Source: a virus. From it: a stretch of DNA of 64,000 bases. Position numbers and translations under genes: made by a program. Shown one piece after another: positions 1 to 7,666 of this stretch; positions within the stretch are counted from its first letter, which is position 1, and each line of letters opens with the position of its first letter. The notes below the pieces were generated by a model. It had not been told where the DNA came from, ran no database searches, and saw only the letters and a list, made by a program, of their open reading frames with translations. The stretch lies in IMG/VR virus record IMGVR_UViG_3300036799_000060. One strand, given 5' to 3'.

Positions 1-276
1 GTGATCACACGCACAGCGAGTGTGCCGCAGCGGCACTCCCCGGCGGTCGACCCCCCGCCGCCCGCTGCGGCCGTGCGGCCCGGCCGTGACTCCCCCGAAC
101 ATGGCCGCAGGCCGCACCACCGGGCGGCGCCGACGGCGATCCCCCGTCGCGCGTCGGCGCCGCCTCCTACCTCCCCCGTACCCACGGTGGACCCGCCGCC
201 TACCACGGTGAGCCCTATCCCGGTTCCTGACAATCCGGCAACACCTACCCCGAACACGGCCTTTACCGGCCCATGA
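1..276 (+). CDS. possible 3' end of a Pro-rich protein truncated by the window edge
   Basis: Frame open from base 1 to TGA 274-276 with G/C-rich third positions. Low-complexity Pro/Ala-rich product, so it could be a chance open frame in high-GC DNA. Confidence 0.2.
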   Translation: MITRTASVPQRHSPAVDPPPPAAAVRPGRDSPEHGRRPHHRAAPTAIPRRASAPPPTSPVPTVDPPPTTVSPIPVPDNPATPTPNTAFTGP

Positions 277-295
277 CTCACCTACCATCGTCCGG

Positions 296-898
296 GTGGG
301 CGGCGGTGAGCGGGAACCGGTGCGGGCGGCGGCCAGGGCGCTGCGGGGTGCCATCGCGGCCGGTGAGGCGCTGATCGCCCACCCGGACGAGACAGGGCAG
401 CAGTTCATCACCGGGTCGGCGGCTGAGACTCAGATCCCGTGGAACGCGGGCGCGGCGTGGGCGGTCCTGGACCCGCATGCCGGGGTGCGGGCGCTGGAGA
501 ATCAGATGCGGGCCGAACTCGGCTTGGCCCCGGTGCGGCGCGGCGGCAGCGACCGGAACACGTGGGAAGCCATCGAGTCGATGGTGACCCTGGCGGGTGC
601 CCTGGCGGGTGAGTCGCAAGCGTTCTATGCGCGGCAGCTAGATAAGTGGGCTCAGATGGCGCTAGCCTTGCCGTCTGTCGACCGGCTGCCGCAGTGGCAA
701 GCTCTGCCGATGCGCTCGCCGCCGGATTGCCCGTACTGCCACACACCGAACCTGCGTCACCATGAAGCGCTCGGGATCGTCGCATGCCTGTTCCTGAACT
801 GCCCGGCGATCACTGATGGTGTGCGGCCGTGGGCCGAGGTGGGGTCTAAGCGCGGCCAGCTTCGCTGGCGCTGGCGGGACGGGATGGTGCAGCCTTGA
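296..898 (+). CDS. hypothetical protein (200 aa)
   Basis: Listed ORF with strong GC3 bias and balanced composition. CPYC...C...C cysteines near the C-terminus. No domain recognised. Confidence 0.6.
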   Translation: MGGGEREPVRAAARALRGAIAAGEALIAHPDETGQQFITGSAAETQIPWNAGAAWAVLDPHAGVRALENQMRAELGLAPVRRGGSDRNTWEAIESMVTLAGALAGESQAFYARQLDKWAQMALALPSVDRLPQWQALPMRSPPDCPYCHTPNLRHHEALGIVACLFLNCPAITDGVRPWAEVGSKRGQLRWRWRDGMVQP

Positions 899-932
899 TG
901 GACGATGATCCGACTACCGCCGGGGACACTGA

Positions 933-1205
933 ATGAGCCAGGCGTCGGGGACGGCTGTGGCGAACAGCCTCACCGGGCCGGTGGTGATGAGCCTGGCTGA
1001 CCTGGCTGGCTACCTGCATCCGCGTGTGAGCGAGGAGCAGCTACGGCGGATCTTCGCCCAGCTACCCGGGCTGAACCCGGTGGGCACCAGCCCGAACTCT
1101 TCCGGCCGTGGCCGCCCGGTGGACGTGTACGACGCGGCCACGGTACAGGAATGGCATGCAGCGAACCGGAGGTGGCTCTTATGGACGGCCCGCCCGTGGG
1201 GATGA
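933..1205 (+). CDS. hypothetical small protein, possibly DNA-binding
   Basis: Listed ORF with GC3 bias. Its stop overlaps the next start (ATGA at 1202-1205). The MSLADLAGYL...EEQLRRIF segment looks helix-turn-helix-like. Confidence 0.5.
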   Translation: MSQASGTAVANSLTGPVVMSLADLAGYLHPRVSEEQLRRIFAQLPGLNPVGTSPNSSGRGRPVDVYDAATVQEWHAANRRWLLWTARPWG

Positions 1206-1669
1206 TGACGCAGACGGCCGAGTGGCCGACGGAGCTGGCCATGCTGGTGCGGGACTGCACCTACCGGCCCGGCTGGGCTGTAAAGCTCGGGCACATCGAC
1301 CGGGGCCAGGGCTCTGAGGGCCTGACGCTGATCATCACGACGCTGGGCTATGACTCCTACCACCCGGAGAACGGGCAGACGTACCGGGTGAACCATTACT
1401 TCCCGGTGCCCCCGGCAGCCTACGATGCCCAGTCGTGGCGCCGCTGGCTGCTGGAACGGTTCTTGATGGTGGAGCGGCACGAGGCGTGTGAGTTCTTCAC
1501 CATCGCCGGGGTGAAGCCGTACGCGCCGCACCACGGGCCTGGCCATGATCCGTACATCGTGTTCGAGGTGGGCACCGAGGCTGACCAGCAGATGCGCTAC
1601 ACCGGGGAGATGGCCTCCACACCGGCCCGGATGCCGGACTGGCCAGTGTCCCATAACGACGGCGTGTGA
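1202..1669 (+). CDS. hypothetical protein (155 aa)
   Basis: In-frame ATG at 1202 forms an ATGA overlap with the upstream stop. GC3 bias. No domain recognised. Confidence 0.6.
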   Translation: MMTQTAEWPTELAMLVRDCTYRPGWAVKLGHIDRGQGSEGLTLIITTLGYDSYHPENGQTYRVNHYFPVPPAAYDAQSWRRWLLERFLMVERHEACEFFTIAGVKPYAPHHGPGHDPYIVFEVGTEADQQMRYTGEMASTPARMPDWPVSHNDGV

Positions 1670-2190
1670 TGGCGCGGGGAATCCTGGCCGGTGGGCCGCT
1701 GCACGGCAAACGGCTTGACGAGGCGGCGGGCGAGCATCTGGGCGTGGTGGCGTCGGTGCCGGTGCACTCGCTGTGGTCGCGCATCCCGCCGAGGCCGCGA
1801 TGGTGGCGTGACCCGCTGGGCTGGCTCCACTGGGTGCCGCCTGAGCGGGCGCCGGTTCCCGAGTCGGTGTTCGTCCAGCACCTCTACCGGGCGAACGGCC
1901 AGTTGCGGGACGGCACGCTGGTGCTGTGGTGGTGCGGCCGTTACGACGGGGAGCCGCCTGCGGACCCGGACACGGCGCTGCACCTGCTGATGGCAGAGTC
2001 GGCACGGGTGCCGCCGTGGGACCGGCAGCGCGCGCACTGGGAGATGAGCATGGAGTGGTTCACGGCGATCCGCCGTGCGGCGGGGATCTACGGCCTGGAC
2101 GACGGGCCGAACCCGGGGGATGTGCTGCTGGGCGCCGAGGTGCGGGTGACGGTGGGCTCGCCCCGCCTGGTGACTGAAGAGACGCCCTGA
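1666..2190 (+). CDS. hypothetical protein (174 aa)
   Basis: ATG 1666 overlaps the upstream stop (ATGA-type coupling). GC3 bias. Confidence 0.6.
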   Translation: MMARGILAGGPLHGKRLDEAAGEHLGVVASVPVHSLWSRIPPRPRWWRDPLGWLHWVPPERAPVPESVFVQHLYRANGQLRDGTLVLWWCGRYDGEPPADPDTALHLLMAESARVPPWDRQRAHWEMSMEWFTAIRRAAGIYGLDDGPNPGDVLLGAEVRVTVGSPRLVTEETP

Positions 2191-2200
2191 CTTGCCAAGA

Positions 2201-2383
2201 TCAGTTTGCGGCGGATATCTTGCCCTTGGATCGGTCTGTGGAGACGCGCACCTCGCGCACCTGCCCGCCGATCCTTTCGAGTATCAGGGCCACGGCCCGC
2301 TGATCGGCTGAGGGGCCTTCCGGGTGGCAGGCGGGGCAGGTGTCCTGCCCGCAGCGTTTACCGGGGCGGCATAGCACCAGCAC
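2201..2383 (-). CDS. hypothetical Cys-rich ORF, possibly the frameshifted 3' part of 2358-2672
   Basis: Reverse-strand ORF with good GC3 in a 490-bp gap between forward genes. Contains C..C..CPAC. Overlaps the end of the upstream reverse ORF in another frame. Confidence 0.35.
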   Translation of the reverse strand: MLVLCRPGKRCGQDTCPACHPEGPSADQRAVALILERIGGQVREVRVSTDRSKGKISAAN

Positions 2384-2672
2384 GGCACGTCCAGTCCCGT
2401 TCGCGGAGCCACTGCATCCCGGCGATGGTGTGGCGGCCCTTGCACTGCTCGCAATACCAGAGCGCGGCCGGGTCCTGGTGGGGGCTCGCGGCGCGGGTGG
2501 CGCCGTCGGGCAGCGGGGTGAACCGGGCGCCCTTGGCCTTCAGCCATCCGGCTACCAGCGACTCGGGTTTGCCCTTGCCCCACTTCACCAGCGGCGGCAC
2601 TTCCACGCATACGCCGTCCTGGGTGCCGATCTGAAAACAGGCGTCGCCCCAATCGACCTGTATCCAGCGCAT
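2358..2672 (-). CDS. hypothetical Cys-containing protein (104 aa from ATG 2672)
   Basis: Reverse-strand ORF with high GC3 and a WYCEQCKGRH motif. Its start lies only 9 bp from the divergent start at 2681. Confidence 0.4.
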   Translation of the reverse strand: MRWIQVDWGDACFQIGTQDGVCVEVPPLVKWGKGKPESLVAGWLKAKGARFTPLPDGATRAASPHQDPAALWYCEQCKGRHTIAGMQWLRERDWTCRAGAMPPR

Positions 2673-2680
2673 ACACCGGA

Positions 2681-3034
2681 GTGTACGAGGTGGCCCGGAC
2701 ACGCGGCAGCACCAAGCAGCGCGGCCTCGCTGGGGGCCATCAGTCCAAGCGGCAGACGGCGCTGCGGGATCTTCAGGACATGGATCTGTGCGCCCGGTGT
2801 GAGCTGCGCGGCCGGGTGCACTACATGTGGCGGTCGCTGGTGACGAGGCGGCCCGATGGGCGGCTGGTGGCGCCGCTGCTGGATCTGGACGACTTTCCGG
2901 GGCGCGTGTTCGGCGGGCCTCAGGTCAAGCGCTTGTCCTACCGTCGCTGTAACCGCAGCGCGGGGGCGTCGCTGGGCAATAGGCTGAGGGCTTTGACCAG
3001 GCCAGCTACACCGGCCAAGTACACCAGGTGGTGA
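2681..3034 (+). CDS. HNH-like protein, apparently degenerate
   Basis: N-terminal TRGSTKQRGLAGGHQSKR and C-terminal LDLDDFPG...GGP...RRCNRSAGASLGN resemble the actinophage RGYG..HQ / LDLDH..P..GGP..H..CN HNH family. Asp and Tyr sit where that family has His. Confidence 0.5.
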   Translation: MYEVARTRGSTKQRGLAGGHQSKRQTALRDLQDMDLCARCELRGRVHYMWRSLVTRRPDGRLVAPLLDLDDFPGRVFGGPQVKRLSYRRCNRSAGASLGNRLRALTRPATPAKYTRW

Positions 3035-3038
3035 CCCC

Positions 3039-3194
3039 GTGGCTGACAGCGTGGCCGAGCCCAGCAAGGGCACCAAGACGGAGACGACGACCCGCCAGTA
3101 CGACGACGCGGGCAAGCTGGTGTCGGAGACGACGACCATCGTGGTGCGGGTGCAGGCCGACGATGACAAGCCCTGGCCGGGAATGTACCTGTAA
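3039..3194 (+). CDS. small hypothetical protein (51 aa)
   Basis: Unlisted ORF (below the track cutoff). GTG 3039 lies 5 nt after the upstream stop, preceded by AGGTGG. Very high GC3. Product VADSVAEPSKGTKTETTTRQYDDAGKLVSETTTIVVRVQADDDKPWPGMYL has a YD-repeat-like core. Confidence 0.4.
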   Translation: MADSVAEPSKGTKTETTTRQYDDAGKLVSETTTIVVRVQADDDKPWPGMYL

Positions 3195-3198
3195 GACG

Positions 3199-3555
3199 AT
3201 GCCGGACTATTACGATCTGGGCATGCGCTTTCCGCCACGGCCGCCTGAGGAGCCGTCGGAACTGGCCCTGGTGACGGCGGCCAAGGACGCCGCCTACAGC
3301 GAGCGGGACATGCTGGTGGCGGCACTGTCCAAGGTGTTCCCGGCGCACCTCGCCGAACATGAGGGCGAGTGGGAAGAGGGCTGGCGCACCATCGTGTGCG
3401 TGCACCTGCCGACGGGGCAGGCGACCTGGCATGTGCACGACAGTGAGCGCGGCTGGTTCGGTCATCTGCGGGTGCTGGCTGGCCACTGGGATGGGCACAC
3501 GGTGGAAGAGAAGTACGACCGGCTAGCGCGCCTGGCTGTCTGCCTTGGTACTTAG
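3199..3555 (+). CDS. hypothetical protein (118 aa)
   Basis: ATG 3199 (MPDYYDLG...) within listed ORF 3028-3555. The part upstream of this ATG is Arg/Pro-rich noise, while the downstream part has good composition and GC3. Confidence 0.6.
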   Translation: MPDYYDLGMRFPPRPPEEPSELALVTAAKDAAYSERDMLVAALSKVFPAHLAEHEGEWEEGWRTIVCVHLPTGQATWHVHDSERGWFGHLRVLAGHWDGHTVEEKYDRLARLAVCLGT

Positions 3556-3564
3556 GCTGGGCGG

Positions 3565-4095
3565 ATGAGCCTTACTCCCGATGACCTGCCGCCCGCTGAC
3601 GACGGCATGCAGCAGATGGTGTGCGCCTGCCTGAACGAGACGTTCCACGTGGTGCTCGCCGATGGTGGCGCCACGGTCAAGGCGATCTGCGCCAGGTGCA
3701 AGGCCGTGAACGCGGCATGGTCGGGGTTCGACTGGGGGCCTGGTTTGGATACCAGCCAGATGCTCCCCGGCGGTGGTGAGCGCGACATGCTGAACGTGCA
3801 GCAGCGTGCCACATCGCAGGTGGTGAGCGGGGCCGACTGGGTCGGCGACCCGGCCGATCCTGAGCCGCTGCGGCCAGACGCGGAACTACCCGAGCTGCCG
3901 GTCACCAGCCCCGAGGTGGCCAACGCCGTCCTGGAGGGCGGCCACTATGACACGCGGCTGGTGTTCATCCCCGACGACGTGACCACGTTCCAGATCCGGG
4001 GGTATAGCGAGGGCCTGTACCGCCGCACATCCACCATGCGTGGGGGCCGGACGGTCTACGCGCTGACCCCCTTCCCGGGAGATTTCAATGGCTGA
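3565..4095 (+). CDS. hypothetical protein (176 aa)
   Basis: Listed ORF with GC3 bias. CAC...CARC cysteines. Its stop overlaps the next ATG (ATGGCTGA). Confidence 0.6.
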   Translation: MSLTPDDLPPADDGMQQMVCACLNETFHVVLADGGATVKAICARCKAVNAAWSGFDWGPGLDTSQMLPGGGERDMLNVQQRATSQVVSGADWVGDPADPEPLRPDAELPELPVTSPEVANAVLEGGHYDTRLVFIPDDVTTFQIRGYSEGLYRRTSTMRGGRTVYALTPFPGDFNG

Positions 4096-4234
4096 CCAGG
4101 ACGCACCGCAGCCCGGCATTCCCGTGCCCCCGCACGGCTCGGGCAAGACATGCCCGCATGGCAAGACCGGTGCGTGCAAGCAGTGCCGCAACCAGGACGG
4201 CATGGGCAAGCCCGTCAGCCCGACCAGCTACTAG
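4088..4234 (+). CDS. small Cys-rich protein (48 aa)
   Basis: Unlisted ORF. ATG 4088 overlaps the upstream stop. Product MADQDAPQPGIPVPPHGSGKTCPHGKTGACKQCRNQDGMGKPVSPTSY. GC3 bias. Confidence 0.45.
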   Translation: MADQDAPQPGIPVPPHGSGKTCPHGKTGACKQCRNQDGMGKPVSPTSY

Positions 4235-4254
4235 ACGCCAGGACTGTCGTCTAC

Positions 4255-4338
4255 ATGAGGCGGGATCTGATCTGGCCGGTGGCCGCGTTCATCGCGTACG
4301 CCGTCGGCTCGCTGCTGCTAGTGGTGGCCTGCACGTGA
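4255..4338 (+). CDS. tiny membrane protein (27 aa)
   Basis: ATG 4255 within listed ORF 4150-4338. Product MRRDLIWPVAAFIAYAVGSLLLVVACT is a single hydrophobic helix. Confidence 0.3.
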   Translation: MRRDLIWPVAAFIAYAVGSLLLVVACT

Positions 4339-4392
4339 CCATGGGCATCGTCTACTCTGTGCACCCATAGGGGAAAGCCAGGGAGGTGCGCC

Positions 4393-4497
4393 GTGGACGA
4401 GACGCGGCAAGGTGTTCAGTGGAGACGCGGCATGCTGACGGTGCTCGGTGGCCTGCTGGCGGTGGCGATCGTGCTGATGGTGGCGGCGGTAGTCTGA
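4393..4497 (+). CDS. tiny membrane protein (34 aa)
   Basis: GTG 4393 preceded by GGGAGG at 4381-4386. The product ends in the hydrophobic helix MLTVLGGLLAVAIVLMVAAVV. Its stop overlaps the next ATG (TGATG). Confidence 0.35.
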   Translation: MDETRQGVQWRRGMLTVLGGLLAVAIVLMVAAVV

Positions 4498-4685
4498 TGT
4501 ACCCGGAACTGGCGGAACTGCTGGCGGCCCTGGCCGATGGCGTGGACCTGCTGCTGGCCAGCGCTGGGCCTGATCAGGCGGTGCAGGCGGCCCGGCACCG
4601 GATCAGATCCGCCCGTGACGCCGCACATCTGGAGGCGGCGATGCCCGCCGAGTTCCAGCCCGGGGGGAAGGCAGCAGACTTCTAA
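4497..4685 (+). CDS. hypothetical small protein (62 aa)
   Basis: ATG 4497 (MYPELAELLAALADG...) within listed ORF 4386-4685. GC3 bias. Followed by a hairpin terminator. Confidence 0.45.
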   Translation: MYPELAELLAALADGVDLLLASAGPDQAVQAARHRIRSARDAAHLEAAMPAEFQPGGKAADF

Positions 4686-4724
4686 GCGTGATCATCTCCC
4701 AACGATGAACAGGGGGTGACCACT

Positions 4725-4750
4725 GGGCCGGGGCTGCGTCGCCCCGGCCC
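4725..4750 (+). terminator. GC-rich hairpin, putative terminator
   Basis: Perfect 10-bp stem GGGCCGGGGC / GCCCCGGCCC with the 6-nt loop TGCGTC, about 40 nt after the stop at 4685. No U-tract. Confidence 0.5.
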
Positions 4751-4778
4751 ATCCATGTAGCCACTTAGGGCGTTTCCG

Positions 4779-4788
4779 GTGATATCAC
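4779..4788. promoter_or_regulatory. perfect 10-bp palindrome GTGATATCAC (candidate operator)
   Basis: Lies in a lower-GC intergenic stretch (4751-4889) between a terminator hairpin and the next gene. Confidence 0.25.
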
Positions 4789-4889
4789 TCGACTGCTAGC
4801 CGTCCGAGGGCCAGGCTTGGGCTGTGCGGCGTAGCTGACCTGCGGAGAGGCCCCATGCAGCTACCCGTGCCCACCGTGATGGTGCGGCC

Positions 4890-5123
4890 GTGACAGCGGC
4901 AGACATCCTGCCACTGATTTCCGGCCCGGCTGCGGCCGTGGCGGTGCTGATCTGGGTGGTCTGGATGCAGCGCAAAGACATAGCTGACCTGCGCCGTGCG
5001 CTGGAGGCTGAGCGCAGGCGGGGGGATGCCTCCGAAGAGGCCGCGCGTAGCACGCTGGCCGTCATCAGGGCTATCACCGGGGGACGGCTGCCGGTGCAGC
5101 CTGATGGTGGCGACGGGTTGTGA
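4890..5123 (+). CDS. small membrane protein with charged C-terminal helix (77 aa)
   Basis: Listed ORF. N-terminal hydrophobic segment ILPLISGPAAAVAVLIWVVW followed by RKDIADLRRALEAERRR. GC3 bias. Confidence 0.5.
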   Translation: MTAADILPLISGPAAAVAVLIWVVWMQRKDIADLRRALEAERRRGDASEEAARSTLAVIRAITGGRLPVQPDGGDGL

Positions 5124-5170
5124 GGTGGCGGCCGTGGCGTTGGCAATGGCGCGGCTGGAGGTGGCCGATC

Positions 5171-5329
5171 GTGCGCGCAGCCAGAATCGAAGCGGAACAG
5201 TCCGAGGCCGCCAACGAGCGGGTTCAGACACAGCTTGTGGTCCCGTTGCGGGACATGCGGCAGCGCAACCACCTGGTCGAGGTGATCCAGGCCGAGATGA
5301 TCAAGTGGCGTTCGCGGGAGGACGGCTAA
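5171..5329 (+). CDS. small hypothetical protein (52 aa)
   Basis: GTG 5171 within listed ORF 5120-5329, preceded by GGAGGTGG. The part upstream of this GTG is a Trp/Arg-rich non-coding-looking stretch. Confidence 0.4.
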   Translation: MRAARIEAEQSEAANERVQTQLVVPLRDMRQRNHLVEVIQAEMIKWRSREDG

Positions 5330-5333
5330 GAGA

Positions 5334-5651
5334 GTGCACGCGCAGCGCTTGGTCGCCGAGATCGCGGTGCAAGCGATTTTCTACGGCTCGGTGCTGTTCA
5401 TTGCGGCGGTTTCGACGTTCTGGCCGTGGTGGCGTACGCAGCTTGGCTGGACGATCATTGCCAAGTCGGCGGCGCTGGCGCTCGCGGTGATGCCCGCCAT
5501 GTTCATCTACTGGTTCGGGCGGAACACGTTCACCCAGTCGGACTGGCTGGGATGGGTGTCGGTGGGTGCGCTGCTGATGGTGCCGCCGATCCTGGCATGG
5601 CGCGGGATAGTGCTCTGGCGCGTTCAGCGTCATGGTGCGGAACCTCACTAG
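5334..5651 (+). CDS. integral membrane protein (105 aa, about 4 TM segments)
   Basis: Listed ORF with several hydrophobic stretches (IFYGSVLFIAAVSTFWPWW, WTIIAKSAALALAVMPAMFIYWF, WLGWVSVGALLMVPPILAW). Confidence 0.6.
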   Translation: MHAQRLVAEIAVQAIFYGSVLFIAAVSTFWPWWRTQLGWTIIAKSAALALAVMPAMFIYWFGRNTFTQSDWLGWVSVGALLMVPPILAWRGIVLWRVQRHGAEPH

Positions 5652-5666
5652 GAAGCTGGGACCATC

Positions 5667-5834
5667 ATGGGTGGCAAGCTGCGGGCCTGCTGGGTGTGTG
5701 TGATCGCGGCGCTGGTGCTGGCGCTGGTGTGGCTGCTGTCGGTTGTCACTTCCGGGTTCGCGGCACCATCATGGGTGGCGCCAGCGTCGGTGCTGGCGCT
5801 CGCGCTGGCTGTCCTGCTCAGCCTGATCCCGTAG
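5667..5834 (+). CDS. small membrane protein (55 aa)
   Basis: Unlisted ORF from ATG 5667. Product MGGKLRACWVCVIAALVLALVWLLSVVTSGFAAPSWVAPASVLALALAVLLSLIP has two hydrophobic helices. Confidence 0.45.
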   Translation: MGGKLRACWVCVIAALVLALVWLLSVVTSGFAAPSWVAPASVLALALAVLLSLIP

Positions 5835-5845
5835 AGGAGCCAACC

Positions 5846-6016
5846 ATGATCGTGCTCGGCGTGATCTTGCTGGTGCTCGGCCTGGTGCTCGGCCTCGGCC
5901 TGCTGGTGACCCTCGGCCTGGTGCTGCTGGTGATCGGGGTCGTGCTCATGGCGCTGTCGTTCGTCCCGGCGCCGTCGGCGAACGCGCGGCCGTGGTACCG
6001 GCGCCGCTGGTACTGA
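5846..6016 (+). CDS. small membrane protein (56 aa)
   Basis: ATG 5846 preceded by GAGGAG. Product MIVLGVILLVLGLVLGLGLLVTLGLVLLVIGVVLMALSF... lies within listed ORF 5426-6016. Confidence 0.5.
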   Translation: MIVLGVILLVLGLVLGLGLLVTLGLVLLVIGVVLMALSFVPAPSANARPWYRRRWY

Positions 6017-6041
6017 CGGGGGGTAGCGTGCGGCCACTACG

Positions 6042-6329
6042 ATGGTCTGCATGGCTACCGGGCGGGTGCACCACATGCTGTGGGTGGATACGTCATCGAT
6101 GATGGCGGCCCTGGCGAGGGTGGGCAGCCTGGTGCGGGTGTCGCTGGACTCGCTGGACTCGCTGACGATGGTGGCCATAGACGCCGAGGATGTGCGGGTG
6201 GATACGGTCACCGTCACCTCGGCTGACCATTTCCGGCCATCCCGGCCGCTGCCTGCTACCGAGGAGCCCGACCACAACTGGGCTAGCTCGGCCACCATGC
6301 GGATCTCCTCGGACCGGCCGCACCCATGA
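6042..6329 (+). CDS. hypothetical protein (up to 95 aa; start uncertain)
   Basis: Listed ORF. Its stop overlaps the next ATG (ATGA at 6326-6329), which favours the forward frame over the antisense shadow ORF 5648-6298. Confidence 0.4.
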   Translation: MVCMATGRVHHMLWVDTSSMMAALARVGSLVRVSLDSLDSLTMVAIDAEDVRVDTVTVTSADHFRPSRPLPATEEPDHNWASSATMRISSDRPHP

Positions 6330-6442
6330 TGGACGCCTCGTACCTGGTGAAGCTGGCTGCCCTGTTGGACAAGCCCTGGCGGGGCGAAGCCCTGGACCTA
6401 ATCGCTGGCATATGGGCGATGGACGGCCCCCATGGCCCGTGA
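6326..6442 (+). CDS. small hypothetical protein (38 aa)
   Basis: Unlisted ORF, product MMDASYLVKLAALLDKPWRGEALDLIAGIWAMDGPHGP. Overlapping start and stop with both neighbours. Confidence 0.3.
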   Translation: MMDASYLVKLAALLDKPWRGEALDLIAGIWAMDGPHGP

Positions 6443-6623
6443 TTTCTCACCCGCCGCCCGGGACGGTGCCGTGAGGCTGACCGCCGAGCTGCTGTCGATA
6501 GACGATGGCGAGCAGCCTGACGTGCTCGCGCTGACCTGCCGCATGTGGTGCTATCACCGCGAGCGGCGGCGGCAACTCGCACCGCTCACCGACCCCGAAG
6601 GCGGCCAGGCCGATGGGACCTGA
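6432..6623 (+). CDS. hypothetical small protein (63 aa)
   Basis: Listed ORF with GC3 bias. Start overlaps the upstream stop. Confidence 0.45.
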   Translation: MARDFSPAARDGAVRLTAELLSIDDGEQPDVLALTCRMWCYHRERRRQLAPLTDPEGGQADGT

Positions 6624-6816
6624 CTGGTGGCTCGCCCCACCCTGGCGGGGCCACTGCGGCACCCTGGATTGTGACAACGACTTTCGCGCATGCCCAGAGT
6701 GCAGCCCAAGTTCCCCCCAAAAGAAGGGCTGGCCGGGTAACCCTGGCAGGACACTGGCTGACGAGCCTTCGAGCCAGGTGGATCCCCGGCCAGCCCGCTG
6801 GGGGCGGCCGTCATGA
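6613..6816 (+). CDS. hypothetical small Cys-rich protein (67 aa)
   Basis: Listed ORF with HCGTLDC...CPEC cysteines. Overlaps the upstream stop. Confidence 0.4.
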   Translation: MGPDWWLAPPWRGHCGTLDCDNDFRACPECSPSSPQKKGWPGNPGRTLADEPSSQVDPRPARWGRPS

Positions 6817-6868
6817 CGGACACCGAGATCGTCGCCGCAGCCGTCCACGTCGCCTGCGAGGTGGCCCG

Positions 6869-7183
6869 ATGAGCGAAGGCGTCGCCTCCACTACGGCGAT
6901 CATGTGGACGCATGAGCAGCACGCCTCGGCCGCGTCCGAGGTGGCCGACCTGACGCAGAACGAGTACACCTGGCGTACCCGGGTGGGACAGGGCTACCTG
7001 TGCTGGTGCCCCCTCAAGGGCGTTCCCGCGCTGCCCCACATCCACTACCCGGCCGATACGGTAGGGATACGCTGCGTCTACTGCGGGGAGCCGTTCGCGG
7101 TTCACCCGGTGCCGTGCGACCACACTGATGGTGAGCCGCACAGGGTGGCGCCCGGCAAGGTGGAGCGCGATGGCCAGTCCTGA
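6869..7183 (+). CDS. hypothetical Cys-rich protein (104 aa)
   Basis: ATG 6869 (MSEGVASTT...) within listed ORF 6545-7183. CWC...CVYCGE...C motifs. GC3 bias. Confidence 0.55.
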   Translation: MSEGVASTTAIMWTHEQHASAASEVADLTQNEYTWRTRVGQGYLCWCPLKGVPALPHIHYPADTVGIRCVYCGEPFAVHPVPCDHTDGEPHRVAPGKVERDGQS

Positions 7184-7349
7184 CGATCCGGCCGACCCGA
7201 TCGGCGAGCTTGACGAGATGGCCGCCTCCGTGGCTGAGATGTTCGCCTCCTACTGCAAGGCGGGCATACCGGCGCATCACGTCGCTGTCATGCTCGGCAC
7301 CTGGATGGGGACTATGGGCGGCGCCGGTCAGCCGCCTGGCGATGGTTGA
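7170..7349 (+). CDS. hypothetical small protein (59 aa)
   Basis: ATG 7170 (MASPDDPADPIGELDEMAASV...) within listed ORF 7128-7349. Overlaps the upstream stop. Confidence 0.5.
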   Translation: MASPDDPADPIGELDEMAASVAEMFASYCKAGIPAHHVAVMLGTWMGTMGGAGQPPGDG

Positions 7350-7666
7350 CGAGGCGGGGAATCATGATCACGCGCTGGAGATCACCAGAGACCGCCCGGC
7401 TGAGGGTTCATTGGTCCGTGGCGAGGTGCGCCTATCGGTCACCTGGCCGCGCAGCGCACGTGAACCTGTGGCGGGATCGCCGGTACCGGGCGGCCAAGGC
7501 ACGGGACACGTTCCTGCGCAAGATCGCCTGGCATCTGCCGAGGCGCCTGATCATGTGGTGCTACATCCGGGTCGCCGCGCACGCCACCACCGGGGAGTAC
7601 AGCGGGACAGTGGTCCCGGACCTGACGATGATGGAAGCGCTCAAACGCTGGCCCGATGGCGGCTAG
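7346..7666 (+). CDS. hypothetical protein (about 100 aa; start 7346 or ATG 7364)
   Basis: Listed ORF with GC3 bias and a hydrophobic RRLIMWCYIRVAAHATTG segment. Confidence 0.55.
   Translation: MTRRGIMITRWRSPETARLRVHWSVARCAYRSPGRAAHVNLWRDRRYRAAKARDTFLRKIAWHLPRRLIMWCYIRVAAHATTGEYSGTVVPDLTMMEALKRWPDGG

Noticed and set aside
5648-6298. 216-aa reverse ORF over the small membrane-protein genes
   Set aside because: It is in the third-position-sharing antisense frame of forward ORFs that show RBSs and ATGA-type coupling. Its second half is His/Gln/Arg/Glu-rich antisense of hydrophobic codons.
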